A stretch of DNA of 64,000 nt, from positions 45,694,001 to 45,758,000 of the forward strand of contig CM060731.1 of the NCBI GenBank assembly GCA_030704615.1. Direction: 5' to 3'. Positions 47,993 through 60,856 of this stretch are shown in pieces. Numbering within the stretch: the stretch's first letter is position 1; every line of letters starts with the position of its first letter. Position numbers and translations under genes: made by a program. This DNA comes from Takakia lepidozioides (taxonomy: Eukaryota > Plantae > Bryophyta). The notes below the pieces were generated by a model. The model saw only the letters and a list, made by a program, of their open reading frames with translations. It ran no database searches and had not been told where the DNA came from.

Positions 47993-49740
47993 CAGGCTAC
48001 CACCAATTGATTCAAAATATTCCTGACAACTGGATTCAAACTCTCACGGTAGGTCCTCAGCAGGCTCGCCCTGGTAGCTGGGTCACCTGCTCAGCTGCTC
48101 AACAGCCTTTCATCAGGTTATATACATCACTGAGGCATGACCCATCCACTTTAAGGGAATAGTTCTAAACAAAATTGAGCTATCAAACTTTCTCGTGGTG
48201 GAATCATTGAATCCAGTGACTATCTCTGCTGGGCAGTTCACTCCAGTTCGTATCTGTCAGTGGTCTTCTCCTGAAATAGAAATGAACCCGTCTGTTCCAA
48301 AAGATCAACCCCTAAATGATTGGCTCTCATCTCAACTATTTCTCTGGGTGGAAGGAGTGCCCCTTATGGGGCCTTATGGGGGTCATGGTGGACCCAAAGG
48401 AATGGTCTTGGAATTTTGGAGCTTCCTGTCCTTCGTTCTTCAATTATTCAGCCAAGGCAACATATCGTTCGCTGCTAAAGCCTCAGTAATTTCAGGATAA
48501 ATGGGCCTCCAAATGGGCTGGCTATAGCTTGAATCTGGCTAGATGGAATCTCATATGGGCTAACATATGGAACAAGGTCAGGCCTACCAAAGTGGCAGCC
48601 TTTCTGTGGCAGGTTGCAAATAGGGTTCTGAAAGTAGGTTTGTGGCTGGCATTCTCAGAGGCATTAATTTGCAAATGCTGCAACATAGGGATGACAGAAT
48701 CTCTGGAGCACTATCTTCTCCATTGCAGTATCCCATCAAAAACCTGGCCCCGCCTCATACCCATCATGCAGATATGGGAACCTGGGATATCCTCGGCGAC
48801 CCACAAGCTTCTTAACTATGATAGAAACCTTCACAACATTCACAGTCATTGTCCAGTTTATGAGGCGATCAGATCTATCTCTCTATGGAACATCTGGAAA
48901 GTAAGATGTTTATGGGTTTTAAATAGAGAGAAGACTTGTCTCTCTGTGCTTTTATCTACAATTCCATGAGGTGCAAATTGAGGATAGAAAGCCCTGGGCA
49001 AAATTGATTGCAGACATCAGAAAGAATCCAGAGGCGGAATATCAGTTCGTCAGCAAATTCAAATGCTCATGGGGAAAAGATAACATCATATGCAACTGCT
49101 CTTCGTCGACAATCTGTCTCTGGACCAGAGAGCCACCGGACTCCTGGCAAGGGCAACCACTGTGCTACCATGACTCACCGGAGTTCGATAGGGAAATTAA
49201 TTGGAAGCACATCAATGGCAGGAACTCGACTCGGCTTTGCTTCGGCAAGTAGCGTCCTCCAACGCCAGCAGCGAAAACATGCTCCCTGGTCTCTGTCTTC
49301 AAGAATTCCTTACTCTAATTGTTCTCTTTTATTTCTCTCTAGGGCTCCAACCCCTGCTTGATATGGATCGCTCACAGCTGATCTCTCCAAGGAATTATTC
49401 TCTCAATCAAATCCTTGCTTCCTCGTTCTATAGATGCAAGGTTCACTTTTAGGTTGATCTTCTCTTTGTTAGCAGTGGTAGGAATCTGTCAGGGCTAGTC
49501 GGCACTCCAAGAGCTCGCATCTCGTGAGCACTACTTTCGCTCTTCGCCCTCTCCTAGCTGTTTTTTTCTCATAATCGTAGCTTTCCACATCATCCTCTTG
49601 GATGGATTTCTCTCCGTTAAAGTACTCTGGGTACGTCCCTCACCGTTAGGTGTGTTTGCCTTATGGTTCCACAGGGGTTCATTTTTTTCCCCTCACATAA
49701 TAAAATGCAAGATAATTTTTGGAAAAAATAAAATAAAATA
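47993..49740 (+). mobile_element. L1-type LINE 3' end (zf-RVT region, 3' UTR, A-rich tail)
   Basis: WANIW...PTKVAAFLWQV...CKCC...ESLEHYLLHC...LWNIWKVRC; A-rich end near 49700-49740. Confidence 0.85.
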
Positions 49741-49849
49741 TATTAATATTTTATTAGATTTTTAGTAATTTAAATTTATTAAAAAGTAAATCTCAATAAA
49801 GTTAAATCAGGGCTACAATCCCCCTGTTTATATATATATATATATATAT

Positions 49850-50063
49850 TTCATGATTATTTATATCCGAATTACTCTATAACCACCGGATATTAAAATC
49901 TAAATATCCGGACTTATTTATATCCGGTAGATTGTTAAAAACTTCCACTATGCATAACCGGCGGATATTAGAAATGCAAATTATTTTAATATCCGGATCT
50001 GCAGGATATATCATTCTCTAATTTGTCAAGTATCCGACCAAAATTAAGAACCGCCCAACACTG
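49850..50063. mobile_element. Terminus of the same hAT-like MITE family as 27300-27518
   Basis: TATCCG/CGGATA motifs ending in CCGCCCAACACTG. Confidence 0.55.
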
Positions 50064-50755
50064 GTATGTACTATGTACAAGAAGTACAAAATATCTCAAT
50101 ATCAACACCCTTTCCATGCCGCCTGGTATGAGAAAAAGTAATACCCGCCCAACTCTGGTTTGCTCATACTTGGCAGCAACATTGCGCAGACGACGAGTAC
50201 GAGGGTGACTAACGCGGATGCTACACAGCCGAGTTGAGGCGACGCCCCATCACACGGGCGCCCATAGATATTGCCGAGTGTAAAGTGATGTGTGCAAGGG
50301 AGACGACGGTGGGTGCACAAGTGTGGTGGCCTCGTCTGCGTGAATGTACCGTCCATGGCGGCCATGCACATCTGTTGACCATCACCGACCGCGGTGGGTT
50401 GACTGTGGAGAGAGGGTTGGTGGGTGGGTGCTGTGTATCATCCAACTGCTACGCTGCCCTCCTCATATCACTTGACCAACTCCCTCTCTTATTTCATCCC
50501 GAACACTACATGTACATATAGTCTCTGGCTGCTCAAGCCGACTTTGAGTTCTCCACCACTGCTCCGCAGCTTCCCTTCAGTACATTCCACAGACCTGAAC
50601 TTTCTTCTGCCTCCAAGTCTCATATCTCTCGATCCTCTCGGTCTCCGAGCTTCCGTTGCCCGCAATACAAGCTGATCAATCTCTAGATTTTACGATCAGC
50701 TCTTTCTTGTTTCAAATCCGTAGAGTAGCTGCCTCCACCAGAAGTTTTGTTCAAA

Positions 50756-51745
50756 ATGGCGAAGTGCGTGCAACTCAGCACGATGGGTCTTGTACTCCTG
50801 ATTGTCTACTTGTCGGCTCTGCCTTCCCTGACATCATGTGGTGAGCATCTCTGATCTCCCTCTTATTCTCTCTAGAGATATATTCATGTTGCCTCCTCAC
50901 ACGGGTTCTGTTTCAGATCATCGGTCAATGAACTTCGGACCGGCCATGACATTCTTTCGAACGTTATATTTCTGTGGGCTCGGTTCGAAAACAGCTGCAG
51001 GTTGGGATGATGCCTAGTCCCAACAAAATGTATGTACATGTACAGTTTCATGCTTAGTCCTGGGCAATTTTATGCACAAGAAAATGTATGGAGTCCTGAA
51101 GTTAGCCCTGTGTGTGTCCGGGGTTGAATATTGTTGCAGCCAGGGATTATGAGTTCAAATTCGGTTTGAAACGGGACCGGCACCTTCTTGATACGCTCTC
51201 TACACCTGGTGAGGCACATTCCCATGACCTGCACCTGAGCTTTGATTTTCACTTTCGGAATTTTGTTCTTCACATCGACCTGGAGGATGGTCTAAATTAG
51301 TGATCTCGCTGCTTGGACCTACTTCGCCAGCTGGGTGTATGCTGGACTCGATTTTCATGCAAACGTACCTAGGGAAGCAAATGCCGCACTTTCGTACATC
51401 GAGAGTGAGCTGAGGGATTTGAAAGTTCCCGTCTATGGTCACGAGGCTCGTCTGATTGTGGAACTAACACCCTTCCGATCTGGGAATGCAGCGTGTGTCA
51501 ACCAGTTTCAGACAATGAACTATACAGCAGTCACTCAAGTATGCGATTCTACAAAACCGTCGCCAAGTGCAGCTTGTTGTGCGGCGTTCAACAATTTTGC
51601 CTGCCAGTATCCAGCGGAGGTGAACAACTTCCAAACAGTATGCCCCATTGTGTTCCTGGCGTACTTGAATTTGGCAGGCAACTACAAAGATGGTTATTTT
51701 GTGGGCCAGTGCATCGATGGCACCAAGGGCCTATGTGTTCAATGA
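50756..51745 (+). CDS. LLG: LORELEI-like (LLG) cysteine-rich secreted protein, copy 1, ~112 aa
   Basis: Exon 1 50756-50840 (signal peptide MAKCVQLSTMGLVLLIVYLSALPSLTSC). Exon 2 51492-51745: C..FQTMNYT...C...CCAAF..FAC.Y...N....C....F.YLNL.G.Y..G.F...C..G..GLC. Confidence 0.85.
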
Positions 51746-53429
51746 ATGTTCGCGCGCTTGAATCACAATAAATTGTCATGTACATATATATTCTACCATG
51801 ATCAAATGATACGCGCACATCTATCAAGACTTCAAGATCAAATCCATGGAATTGGAGGGCTGCACAATAGCGGAAGTACTGCGTTGTCAAAGACAACGTT
51901 GTACTACTTATCCTTATCTGTATCCGAGTTGTATGCTCTTTCAGTTTCCAATTTATGTAGGCTGATGTTATATAAGTACTACAGACTACAGTACCTGCAG
52001 AAGCTCCCTGAACAAATGAGGAATGAGAGTAGTCCTGCTGGACGTAGTGTTACGTTTTGGACCACTTTACTTAAGTGAAATGTCTTATTTTGGCGACTAG
52101 CTCACTAGATACGAACATTCAAGTGTCAAGTCCGAACAGTTTTTGAGGATCTAGACGTCATGCAGAAAACCTTACAGTCAAAGGACTATTGTACATTGAT
52201 CGCAGCCCAACTGGCACCTTTGTCAGGGAAAGGAAGATCTTCATATTCCAACGGTTCGAAATCTTTCGAGCAGCTGCTACGTAATTTGAGTGCCATTGTG
52301 TTGGGGGTGTGTTGGAGTGGGGCATGTGTGATTTGCAAGCATGCTTCGTGATGATTTCTAGACATCTAATAACCTGCTGGTAAACGAGTGACCGCATCTG
52401 AAAAAAGAGTTATCAAACTCGTCTTTACGTGCATTCATCTCTGAGTGAGACTTCGCAATCTGCTCAATTTACATTCTAGACTCTGTTCCCTGGGCAGCAG
52501 TCCCTCTCCTCAAATCCTCCGTTTCCCCTTCTTGGGTCTAAAGTTTGCCAAAATTAAGTGTTGAGTTGGAGGGGAAGTCTGGTCAACAAGGAAAGGCAGA
52601 CTAAGTATTGCCTACCTGTAGATCGTCTATCTCTAATAAACTTCCATAAAGTTCCATCTGGTCTTGTGGAAATCTTGCAAAATCACAGCTTTTTGTGGGC
52701 TTCAACCTAAAAACTTCGTGAGCAATTCGAATTCTCTAAATTATGGCTAATCCAAATGACGTGAAATTCACACAGCACTCTCATCACATAATGGGCCCCT
52801 CCTCGTCCACCGAGGTGGTTTGATGCCTGCAGGCTCCTCACCAATTTCTGTATGCCAGGCCGATTATTGGTTATGGCTACCAGCTCTAATAAGCTGCACA
52901 TATGGATGGAACCCCATCGAGCCGAGGTCATACTGCAAGCAGTTTTTAGTAATGAACTAAGTACGAATTCCCTGTCGTGAACTCTATATATTTGATATCA
53001 TAAAATTCATGTGCAGTAGCCGATGAGTCCGGATTTGTAAGCCGACTTCAAACCGAAGCCTTGTTGAAGTCTCCCAACTACTTAGGCAAAGATAAGGACT
53101 TACTGTGACACAATGCCCTGCTTGCCCAAGGCTTTTTGTAATGCAACCTCGGAGTTCGAAAATGGGACTTTCTCCAGTCGCCCAGCCAGACCAGAACCCC
53201 AGACATGAGGTACCTAGTATTTCTGCAACAGGAAGCAGAGCGCAAGTTTCTCAGGTTTCTCAAGTTTCTTAGGTTGTGCCATGAGGTATGGTAGTCCGGC
53301 ACTAGGAGAGGGAATAAGAGAAGAGAAGTGCTCAGAGCTGAGCATAGGTGACGGTGACTCTTGTCACCCACTTGCTTGCCTTCCCATAATTTTGGGTTGT
53401 CTCAAGAAAATGTTGCAGAAGGAGCAGCG

Positions 53430-55959
53430 ATGCAGGGACTAAGTGTGCAGAACCTGCTGTCCTCCCTATGTTGTCCAGGCATCCCCCGGTGCTCTCACAA
53501 GCTTCTCGCGGCTGGCAAGCCTGACTCTGTACTGAGAGCGTCAAGTAGGTGTGGCATGTACAATATGTACGGGATCCCTGTCCAATCTCCGAACCGCATG
53601 GCGTTTCAATTTGCTTCAAACAGTTTCGAGTCAATTGCGGGGCAATGGAGACCAGTAGAAGAGGTCGACGTCAATGGACAGGGGAATGAGCAAGGAGGCC
53701 ACAAAGATGAATATCGAGAAAGCAAGGATACGGACGTGGAGAATCTCTGGAACAAATATTTTGCAGATCCAAGTCAATGGTGGGACAATCGAGGCAATAA
53801 GGTGAATACCTGCTGTTGTGTTACAGGAGAAGAAGACAACATGCCTTTAATTTATCTGCCGATTTCTGTTGGTGGCCAGGGTTTCTCTCTCTTTCTCTCT
53901 CTCTTTTAGCGTGCCATGTCTTCTCGAATTTGCAAGGTATTATGCTTTGTAGGATGAGGATAATGGCAGCTCAGTCATCAACAGGCAATGCCCTGTAATT
54001 GGATTGTCGGTGGCTTTGAATGACCCCTATGGAGAATCTGTGCTGTTCTCAAATACCCTGGTGATCTGAAACCCTAACTGGCCTCGAGAGAATTTTCTCC
54101 GCCTCATTTTAAGAAACTTCAGAGTGATTGAATACCGGCATTGCATTCATAGCCACATGTGTCATCTTAAGGTGGAGGGCTAATGTAGCGGTGCAGATGT
54201 AACCATCGTGCTTAATGCGGGCACAGAAATGTTGCAGTCACTCCGTTGATGTGAGCAGTATGACCCTGGTGGGTTGAAATCACACTGCCGACTGACAACC
54301 GGAGGTTTCAAGTATCCAGTGGCTAGTCTGCAAGGGTATGTCCGGCAAGGACATATTCTCTATTTGCTCACAGCCTATTTTCAGTCTACTCACCAATGCA
54401 ACATAGAGTGCCACAGAGGTGGGGTCTTTGCCATATTAAAAGATATTGTCATTGTCAATTACTTGGGGTGAGGGGGTATACATTTGGCTGCGGAGGCAAG
54501 CACATAGCTGATGGAGGCAGGCATGGAGTTTGGGTGCAGACCTGTGCTAGCGGACCAGATTTGAAGCACAAGAGTATTGGAGGCACTCTGGATTGATAGC
54601 TACAAGAAACCTGGATGGGTGAAGAGAGAATTGGAAAAGCTGGATGCGGATAGGTATCATGAGGGTAGATTTAGGACTTGTGAGAGTGTCTTCCTTCTTC
54701 TTCAGCATTTAGACTTGTTTTGTCCTCCATCGGATGGATCAGGTTAGAACTATGTGTCAGCTTTTTTTTCCCCCCCCTTTCCTCACGGGGTTCACTTGAA
54801 CAAGTGCACTTCTTTTTTTTGTCATGGGCTCTTAGCTTGTTTTGTGGGTCACTTGTGCTTCTGAGTGATTTGACATGTTACTGCTACTGGAAGTGCAGGC
54901 AAATATCCAAGAAAAAAAAATAGAGACGAGGAGAAGCTTTGGAAGGAATATTTCGCAAACCCCAGTCAATGGTGGGAGAATCGAGGCAGAAAGTTGAATT
55001 TATGGCACAGCAGAAGCAGACAACAAGATGCATTGAATACTCACTCTGTCAAGAACGCTATTCTTCCTCTCTCGGTCACACACATTTTGAAAGTCCTGGC
55101 AGGATTTCAGCATAGGAGCCAGTGTTTGGTACGGGGTGGTGGTATCTGCTGTGTAAGTTATGGGTTGTCAGTGTCAGCTACTTGTGGCAAGGAGGAGGAT
55201 ATACGCAGGCAGGGATACCTGAAGAAGGCAGGGGAATGTGGGTGCAGATCTATCCTAGAGGGCCAGATTTTACGCACAAGATAACCAAGGAGGCACTGTG
55301 GATTGCGAGCTACAATAAACCTGCATGGGTAGATGACCAACTGGAAGCAGGGGCAGTGCAGTCGACTGAATCAGGCACCTCCACCATGACGACTTCTTTT
55401 GAAGGACAAAAAGATGGAGTCCACCAGGATTCTCCTGGCACTTGATGTGATCACACTATGTCAGGGAGGACAACTGAAAGAGGCATTGCACATTTTGAAC
55501 CAAGGAGGCATTTCAGCAGACTCCAACACTTATGTCTGTCTCTTGCAGGAGTGCATTAAGATGAAACTCCTAGCAGAGGGAAAACAGGTGCAGGCCCACA
55601 TTATCCAAAGTGGATTCAAACCGAACATCTTTCTACACAACACTCTCATAAACATGCATGCCAAGTGTGGGAGCCTTGTGGATGCACGCCTAGTGTTTGA
55701 CAAAATGCCTGAGCGAGACATGTGTACGTGGAATACAATGATGGCAGGATATGCTAAGCATGACCGAGTTAGGGAGGCCTTCGAGATCTATGAACAAATG
55801 ACACAGGAAGGAGTGATGCCAAATCAGGTTACATTCGTTTGCATTATCAAGGCATGTACCAGGCTGGCAGCTCTAGAGAAGGGAACAAGTCAGCTTTATG
55901 ACAAATCCCAGACTTCAAAGTCAATGAAGTCTCTGGGTGGGGGGGGTGGGAAAAATTAG
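53430..55959 (+). pseudogene. OSB-type PDF motif (x2) + PLS-class PPR fusion gene, disrupted and truncated
   Basis: LWNKYFADPSQWWDNRGNK|GPDLKHK...LWIDSYKKPGWV; LWKEYFANPSQWWENRGRK|PRGPDFTHKITKEALWI; then PLS PPR motifs. Frameshifts, one GT>TT donor, ends after ~3 PPR motifs. Confidence 0.8.
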
Positions 55960-56119
55960 AGACTCTGTGTAAAGGCACCGATTGGTGTGTTGCGCTGAGT
56001 CATGCCCATCTCTCACCTTCCTCTTATGTTTTGCCAAAGCAAGAGAGCCAATCGCCGTTTTAGGCTTGTTTCCTATGCGTGCTCTACCCTCCATTCTTAT
56101 TATTATTATTATTATTTTG

Positions 56120-56345
56120 TGACAAGGGTGTTGAATAGACGGATATTTGGCTCGAATCCATGTTGGATAATGTGGGCATGCACTTGCTTTCCCGTTTCTA
56201 GGTCTTTACTCTCGATACACCTTTGTAAAATGCACAATTAAGTATTGGAGTCTGACAGCCAAAATGAATTGTTGGTTCAAAACGTGTAGTGCCTGTTTAA
56301 CTTGTTCTCCCTTACACGGGGTACCCACAGCCGCAGCAGTGCCAG
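56120..56345 (-). pseudogene. PPR gene N-terminal fragment
   Basis: GEQVKQALHVLNQ and GKQVHAHIIQHGFEPNI; similar to 55440-55640 in inverted orientation. Confidence 0.65.
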
Positions 56346-57769
56346 AAATTTTTTTCTCGAGTCCCTCTCGTGATCCTGTTTCAAAAGCATTTGTTGGGGA
56401 GGAGGTGCCATATTCAAACAACTGCACCTAATTCAACAGGGCCATCCTGCATGATTCAAAATCTTCAACAAACTTACATTCATATGGCATATTGTATTTC
56501 CTAGCTCATTGATAAGCCAAGAAAATATCTCTCAAAGAAGAGAGGCTTGGGGCTAGGTATGAAGATAAAAATGCTAAAGTCTTATAGTTAGAGAATAAGT
56601 GGTACGAATGCTACATGTTTGAGTTGGACTTGGAACCCATGAAAACAATAAAGACAATACCATATGTATTCACGGACTTTTTTTTTTTTTTTTTTTTTTT
56701 TTCCCACGGACGGGAGCTTCACTAATTGTAGTTGTAAGAAGTTCACACTTCTTTTCATTTTTCGTTTTAATATCATATGACAAAATTGTGTGAAAGGTCA
56801 AAAATCTGTCAACCTGTCATGTGAAAGGCATTTTCTCGAAGTTGTCTGTCACAGTGACTGTCAAAACAAAATTTAACCTGTCACAAAAAAGGTAGGGCTA
56901 CCTGTCAAAAAACAACACTGCTCAGGATCTACCTTTCTGGTTGGTTCTTCCAGTGCCAATCAATCCTAATCATGTTTGTGCCGCTATATGACAGGCATTC
57001 ATGTTAAGAATAAAAAATTTGTAACAGGAGAATATTACGCAGGCCACTACGTGCCAGCTGTCACTGAACGTCTTCATGAGGCCAACAATGTTTTTCGCAG
57101 TCACTTTTCCCTATCCCTCATCTGAGATTTGTGGTCTCACTTGTTACTAGAAACACAAAATTTGTAAAGCTTTTCTTTGACTTTCCATAGAGGGGGTGTT
57201 GGGGCTTCATGCAGTCCTGGTATAGGTAGGAAGGTACACATCACACAAACTCTCTAGGGAAGTGATGCATAGCATCCTGTAGAGGACTATTTTTAACAAT
57301 CTTTGATCAGTTTCAGTAACCAGTGGCGAGCAGATTCGTCTAGGTGAGTGCTTCTCAAACTTTGTTAGGCCGAAAGCTGCTTGACACAGATTGATCCAAG
57401 TTCTTGCCATCAACCATAAGCAATCAGCAAAGGTCACTTGACATTTGCCGAAGTGACAAAGCAAAAGCTCATAAATGATTACATATTAAATTCATTTATC
57501 AATTTTTGTTGTCGTTTGTCTATATCATAATTTTAATACAGTAATAATGTAAATATACAAAATCCACAGTTTCAATAACAAATCATAGACATTGTTTTAG
57601 TTTTCCAGAATTGTTTTCTATATGACACAATAAATTTGCTTCAGTAATAAGAAACTTATTTTTTCGATACGATTGGTTAAATGAGATGTATTCCCTAATA
57701 TTACGGCACCGTATCATTCAACATTTAACAGATCTGAATTCAAATGATCCACGACTGATTATGCATCCA

Positions 57770-58410
57770 ACCAAAATATCAGATGGAGATAACTCAAATA
57801 GAGCATCCAATTATGCTATAGTTATCTCAGTTAATTTTACTCAATTAACATAAATTAGTTTCTTACTCAAAACTTGAGAGTACCAGAAATAGCGGTAAGA
57901 GATATTTCAGCATCTAATTATACTATAGTTATCTGATCTAATTCTGCTTAGTTTCCTTAAGTTAGCTTCAATTAGGAGTGACTTCTTATAGTGGCAGAAT
58001 AGCAACTGCAAATAACTAAGCATCCAGTTATGCTATAGTTATCTCAGCTAATTCTACTCAGTTACCTTAAATTAGTGACTCAAGTAATAACAAGTGGAGA
58101 TAATTCAAGTTCAGCATTGTAATTATCTCAACTAATTTTGTTTATTTATTTTACGTTAGTTTCAGATAATAATGACTCAAGTTATCTCAGCTAATTCTAC
58201 TCAGTTACCTTAAATTAGCGACTCAAGTCATAGTACCAGAATAACAACTGGAAATAATTCAACTTCAGCATGCATTTATGTTATGATTATCTCAACTAAT
58301 TTTATTTATTTATTTTAAGTTAGTTTCAGTTAATAATGACTCAAATGTCAGAATGAGATAAATCAAGTTCAGTATCTAATTATGTCATAGTCATCTCAGC
58401 TAATTCTACC
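57770..58410. repeat. AT-rich degenerate tandem repeats (GTTATCTCAGCTAATTCTACTCAG core)
   Basis: Core recurs about 7 times. Confidence 0.7.
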
Positions 58411-58832
58411 ATAGATCTTGAGTATAAATATGGAGAGCTTAGAGAGAGAATAACACTTTGTAATTTTAATATCAACCTTTGTAAACCTAACAACGAATCT
58501 ACATCACTTCATTTATTCATGACAAGTCACTGCCATTTCCATCTTAGATTCAATAAATCTACAACAACTTACAATTCTTAGTTAGATCATATATGGATTA
58601 ATGCACAATCTTTATCCAAAGCATACTCCACCGACCACAAACCAATTTACCTCGCATTTAAACATTTAAATTCCCAGATTATATTAATCATTTCACAACC
58701 AATTCATAACTATGTCACGGCAGGGCTCGCATGTAACCTGGCATGCATTTGTTTATTTATTTATTTTTCCATTTTTCCATACCACAGGTATGATGTGACG
58801 GAGTAATGTTAGCAAGGTTAGAAAGGTTAGTA

Positions 58833-59000
58833 AAGTGGCTATATAATAGGTGGTACGTTCTAACAGGTCCACGTAGGTAAAGTTAGGCAAGTGGCTGTAT
58901 AATAGGTGGTACGTTCTAACAGGTCCACGTAGGTAAAGTTAGGCAAGTGGCTATATAATAGGTGGTACGTTCTAACAGGTCCACGTAGGTAAAGTGAGGC
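58833..59000. repeat. 56-bp tandem repeat x3
   Basis: Units start at 58833, 58889 and 58945. Confidence 0.95.
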
Positions 59001-59799
59001 TCGTGATATTAAGTTACGCGCTTTCTGGCAAATTTTTCAATTTTTATCCCCTAATTGCATTGTACAAGTAACTAACCCATTTTCCAGGTGGCAAAAAAAC
59101 ACTGCACTTTCCACAAAACTAGCGGAGCGGCTCAGTGTCGCTCCCAGGTCTTTCCCTTTTGAAACAGAAAACAAAAAAAAACGAGCGAGCGTTGCGTTTC
59201 CAAGTTGGGCGGGCCCAAGAAGTTGACGCCAAAACTTATCCCACGTACGCAAATGCCCCACTTTTGTCTTCTTGGGCTTGGGCCTAGTGTAATATACGAA
59301 CTCTCCATTTTGGCTTGGTCCGGTTGGGCCTTCGAAAGACGACGGTGGGGGCACAAGTGTGGTGCCCTCGTCTGCGTGAATGTACCGTCCATGGCGGCCA
59401 TGCACATCTGTTGACCATCACCGACCGCGGTGGGTTGACTGTGGAGAGAGGGTTGGTGGGTGGGTGCTGTGTATCATCCAACTGCTACGCTGCCCTCCTC
59501 ATATCACTTGACCAACTCCCTCTCTTATTTCATCCCGAACACTACATGTACATATAGTCTTGGGCTCTCTGGCTGCTCAAGCCGACTTTGAGTTCTCCAC
59601 CACTGCTCCGCAGCTTCCCTTCAGTACATTCCACAGACCTGAACTTTCTTCTGCCTCCAAGTCTCATATCTCTCGATCCTCTCGGTCTCCGAGCTTCCGT
59701 TGCCCGCAATACAAGCTGATCAATCTCTAGATTTTACGATCAGCTCTTTCTTGTTTCAAATCCGTAGAGTAGCTGCCTCCACCAGAAGTTTTGTTCAAA

Positions 59800-60856
59800 A
59801 TGGCGAAGTGCGTGCAACTCAGCACGATGGGTCTTGTACTCCTGATTGTCTACTTGTCGGCTCTGCCATCCCTGACATCATGTGGTGAGCATCTCTGATC
59901 TCCAGGCTCTTATTCTCTAGATATTATGTTGCCCGTATTTCTCACACGGATTCTGTTAATTCTTGTCGTTCAATGAACATCTGACCAGCAACACACCTCT
60001 TGAACATTGTCAGTACCTCTTGCCCCGCTGACTCGGACAGCGGCAGCGTCATCTCTCCAGTTTCAGTTATTTCAACGGTTTCGTTATATTTCTGTCGTGG
60101 GTTCGAAAACAGCTGCAGATTGGGATGATGCCTAGTCCAAACAAAATGTATAACATGTACAGTTTCATGCTTAGTCCTGGGAAATTTCTTGCACAACAAA
60201 ATGTATGGAGTCCTGAAGTTAGCCCTGTATGTGTCTTGAATATTGTTGTGCAGCCAGGGATTATGAGTTCAAATTCGGCTTAAAACGGGACCGGCACCTT
60301 CTTAGTACGCCCTCTACACCTGGTGAGGCACCCTCCCATGACCTGCACCTGAGCTTTGATTTTCACTTTCGGAATTCTGTTTTTCACATCGACCTGAATA
60401 ATGGTCTACAATTAGTGAACTCGCTGCTTGGACCTACTTCGCCAGCTGGGTGTATGCTGGACTCGATTTTCATGCATACGTAGGGAAGCAAATGCCGCAC
60501 TTATGTACATCGAGAGTGAGCTGAGGGATTTAAAAGTTCCCGTCTATGGTCACGAGGCTCGTCTGATTGTGGAACTAACGCCCTTCTGATCTGGGAATGC
60601 AGCGTGTGTCAGCCAGTTTCAGACAATGAACTATACAGCAGTCACTCAAGTATGCGATGCTACAAAACCGTCGCCAAGTGCAGCTTGTTGTGCGGCGTTC
60701 AACAAATTTGCATGCCAGTATCCAGCGGAGGTGAACAACTTCCAAACAGTATGCCCCATTGTGTTCCTGGCATACTTGAATTTGGCAGGCAACTACCTAG
60801 CTGGTTATTTTGTGGGCCAGTGCATCGATGGCACCAAGGGCCTATGTGTCCAATGA
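59800..60856 (+). CDS. LLG: LORELEI-like (LLG) cysteine-rich secreted protein, copy 2
   Basis: Exons 59800-59884 and 60603-60856. Paralogous block 59337-61790 matches 50301-52600. Confidence 0.85.
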
